Source: Deinococcus radiodurans R1 = ATCC 13939 = DSM 20539
GTDB taxonomy: Bacteria; Deinococcota; Deinococci; Deinococcales; Deinococcaceae
Direction: 5' to 3'
Assembly (NCBI RefSeq): GCF_000008565.1
Contig: NC_001263.1
Coordinates: 1,169,084-1,197,565 of the forward strand
DNA: 28,482 nt
The position numbers were made by a program, and so were the translations under genes. Below the pieces are notes generated by a model. That model saw only the letters and a program-made list of their open reading frames with translations, ran no database searches and was not told where the DNA came from. Of the stretch, positions 26,729 through 28,482 are shown piece after piece (the first letter of the stretch is position 1; the number at the start of each line of letters is the position of its first letter).

Positions 26729-28063
26729 TTATTTCTGCTCGGGATTCTGCGCCGTCGGGGAAATCACCGTCTGACTGTGCTCGACTGTCGTTTCATTGCC
26801 AGGCTCACTTTCCGGGTGCTCCAGCACGGCGGCGAGGTCGAGGTCGCCTTCTTCCAGTTGACGCTGCAACTCCTCGTCGCGGGCGGCCTGCAACTGACCG
26901 TCAATCGCCTCGCGCTGCTCTTCTTCGCGATCGAGCTGCTCCTCCACCTTGCCGCTGATCAGCGCCATCGCCACCGCGTCGGGGATGTCGGGGGCGTCTT
27001 GCAGGTAGAACTCCTGGTAGATCGCCTTGATGATGATCAGAAAGGGCACCGTCAGGAAGGCGCCCACGATGCCGAAGACGCTGCCGAACAGCAACACGCC
27101 CACCGTGACCGACAGCGGGTGCAATTTGCCCGCGCCGCCGAGCAGAAACGGCCCCAGCACGAAGCCCGACACCTGCTGAAACACCAGCACGAAAAGGGCG
27201 ACGTACAGGCCCTTTTGTGGGTCGTCGGCAGCGGCAAACAGAACCGACGGAATGGTCGCCACGATGGGGCCGATGTTGGGCACCAGCTCACCGAGTGCGG
27301 CCAGGATGCCGAAAATCAGCCAGTTGTCTACCTTGAGCAGCATCAGCCCGAGCGCGGTGCAACTTCCGGTGACCAGCATGACGAGCACGGTGGCGCGGCC
27401 CCACCCGCCGAGCTGCTTGAGAATCTGCGCCAGGGCGCGGGCGGCGGGCAGACGGTGGCGTGGCGGCACCGCTCCCAGCACGCCGTTGACCAGCGGCACC
27501 GGGTTGCTGAGCACGAACACCACCATCACCAGCATAACCAGGCCCATGAACACGCCGCCCACGAAGGTGGAGACGATGTTGGGCAGCCCCTTGGCCGCGT
27601 TGGCCGCGAACGACCCAGCCTGCTGAATCAGGCGGTGGACCGACGCTTCGGTCAGCACCGAATTGATGGCCGGGTACCTGTCGATGAGGGCGTTGATCTG
27701 CGCTTCGAGCTCCGGGATGCTCGTCGGCAGGCTGCTCGTCAGTTTGCTGCCCTGCGAAACCAGCGGCGGCACGGCGACCAGCCCCAATAGCACCAGCGCT
27801 AGGACCACCAGCAGCACGGTCAGGGCGCCAGCGGCGGGGCGCGGCATCCAGCGTTCCAGCCAACGGGCCACCGGATTGAGCGCCGTGGCGAGGATGAGCG
27901 CGAGGGTAATGGCGAGCAGCGCCGCGCCCACCTGCCCGAAAAAACTCAGTGCCAGCAGAATGGCAATGATGCCCGCCGCGACGGGCAAAAGGTTGATGAC
28001 CTGCACGTTTTCCGGCTTGCGCGACGGCGGCGAGGAGACGGGAGACCAGCGGTGTTTTGTCAT
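26729..28063 (-). CDS. AI-2E transporter family (UPF0118/PerM-like) permease with an acidic C-terminal tail
   Basis: 444 aa and multi-TM. It has GELVPNIGPIVATIPSVL and LHPLSVTVGVLLFGSVFGIVGAFLTVP, typical of the AI-2E/PerM family. The C-terminal ~90 aa are E/Q/D-rich. A GAGGG SD lies 5 nt upstream. Confidence 0.8.
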   Translation of the reverse strand: MTKHRWSPVSSPPSRKPENVQVINLLPVAAGIIAILLALSFFGQVGAALLAITLALILATALNPVARWLERWMPRPAAGALTVLLVVLALVLLGLVAVPPLVSQGSKLTSSLPTSIPELEAQINALIDRYPAINSVLTEASVHRLIQQAGSFAANAAKGLPNIVSTFVGGVFMGLVMLVMVVFVLSNPVPLVNGVLGAVPPRHRLPAARALAQILKQLGGWGRATVLVMLVTGSCTALGLMLLKVDNWLIFGILAALGELVPNIGPIVATIPSVLFAAADDPQKGLYVALFVLVFQQVSGFVLGPFLLGGAGKLHPLSVTVGVLLFGSVFGIVGAFLTVPFLIIIKAIYQEFYLQDAPDIPDAVAMALISGKVEEQLDREEEQREAIDGQLQAARDEELQRQLEEGDLDLAAVLEHPESEPGNETTVEHSQTVISPTAQNPEQK

Positions 28064-28173
28064 GCGGCCCTCATGATGACGAGTTCTGGCTGACGTGGCC
28101 TTTAAGGAGAGGCGGGGGTGTCTTCCTGCCTCTTCTCACTGTTCCTCAGCGAGTAAAACCCCTTTTCTGCTAC

Positions 28174-28221
28174 TCTAGGGGCAACCAAACAAGCGTTTGT
28201 TTTGCTGCTCGCCCCTAGAGG
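28174..28221. promoter_or_regulatory. Nested inverted repeat upstream of the methylmalonyl-CoA mutase gene (operator or RBS-sequestering hairpin)
   Basis: CTCTAGGGGC (28174-28183) and GCCCCTAGAG (28212-28221) form a perfect 10-bp inverted repeat. The inner dyad is AAACAA-GCGT-TTGTTT (28188-28203). The right arm overlaps the SD GAGGTG (28219-28224). Confidence 0.35.
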
Positions 28222-28229
28222 TGTACCCC

Positions 28230-28482
28230 ATGCCCATGAAGACGAAAAACGAGTGGATGCAAAGCGTCTACCAGCCCGCCACCCAGAAGTTCCCCGAGCG
28301 CAAGTACAACTTCAAGAACCTGTCCGACATGGACCCCGAGCCGATCTATACGGCAGACGACCTGACAGACTGGGACGCCGAGCGCGACCTCGGCTACCCC
28401 GGCGAGTTTCCATATACGCGCGGCGTGCAGAGCAGCGTCTACCGCGGCAAGCTGTGGACCATGCGCATGTTCGCGGGCTTCG
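28230..28482 (+). CDS. Methylmalonyl-CoA mutase family, large (catalytic) subunit, N-terminal 84 codons. The gene continues past the right edge.
   Basis: It is absent from the ORF track because it runs off the window. ATG 28230 gives [84 protein letters not shown]. The GYPG.FPYTRG...YRG.LWTMR..AGF block is the conserved N-terminus of B12-dependent acyl-CoA mutases. The SD GAGGTG lies 5 nt upstream. Confidence 0.85.
   Translation, partial: MPMKTKNEWMQSVYQPATQKFPERKYNFKNLSDMDPEPIYTADDLTDWDAERDLGYPGEFPYTRGVQSSVYRGKLWTMRMFAGF

Noticed and set aside
28064-28229. A possible cobalamin riboswitch upstream of the B12-dependent mutase.
   Set aside because: The 166-nt spacer is shared with a divergent gene and is too short. 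No B12-box-like GCCACTG core was seen. B12 riboswitches normally control uptake, biosynthesis or B12-independent isozymes rather than B12-dependent enzymes.

Overview
This is a high-GC, Deinococcus-type chromosomal segment. I recognise the urate-responsive MarR regulator HucR next to uricase, so it is almost certainly Deinococcus radiodurans chromosome 1. From memory that is roughly DR_1157 to DR_1188. The gene counts between HucR, the LEA-like protein and the CoA pyrophosphatase match my recollection of DR_1159, DR_1172 and DR_1184, but this needs a BLAST check. I call about 31 protein genes and saw no rRNA, tRNA, CRISPR array or IS element. From left to right the content is: a glycerate kinase 5' end (partial, missed by the ORF track), a dehydrogenase remnant, and the complete urate-to-allantoin module (uraD, hucR, uricase, HIU hydrolase). 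Next come greA, then a holin-like membrane gene with panC and pilT, an Ig-like lipoprotein and dedA. A tightly coupled four-gene operon follows: MoxR-class AAA+ ATPase, orphan membrane protein, HExxH-peptidase/VWA fusion and NudC. After it lie a repeat-built LEA-like protein, aroE coupled to a 1144-aa CHASE/PAS sensor kinase plus a REC-kinase hybrid, and a small conserved protein. Then come osmC with a PhzF-like gene, a secreted PLD-superfamily protein with a lipoprotein, a GSP26/PNPOx-like protein, a PAT-type acetyltransferase, mazG with a CoA pyrophosphatase, a DUF4384/PEGA envelope protein, a TerC-family protein, an AI-2E-family permease, and the 5' end of methylmalonyl-CoA mutase. The best candidate for an undescribed system is the MoxR / membrane / peptidase-VWA / NudC operon at 7442-11226. 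Other points worth a second look are a probable one-base frameshift at the start of the REC-kinase gene, a leaderless-promoter signature (TANNNT 6-9 nt before the start codon) at 11 genes, a decayed garR-like gene beside the urate cluster, an unexplained 382-nt lower-GC intergenic region, and several long palindromes. All functional calls come from by-eye motif and family recognition. No searches were run.
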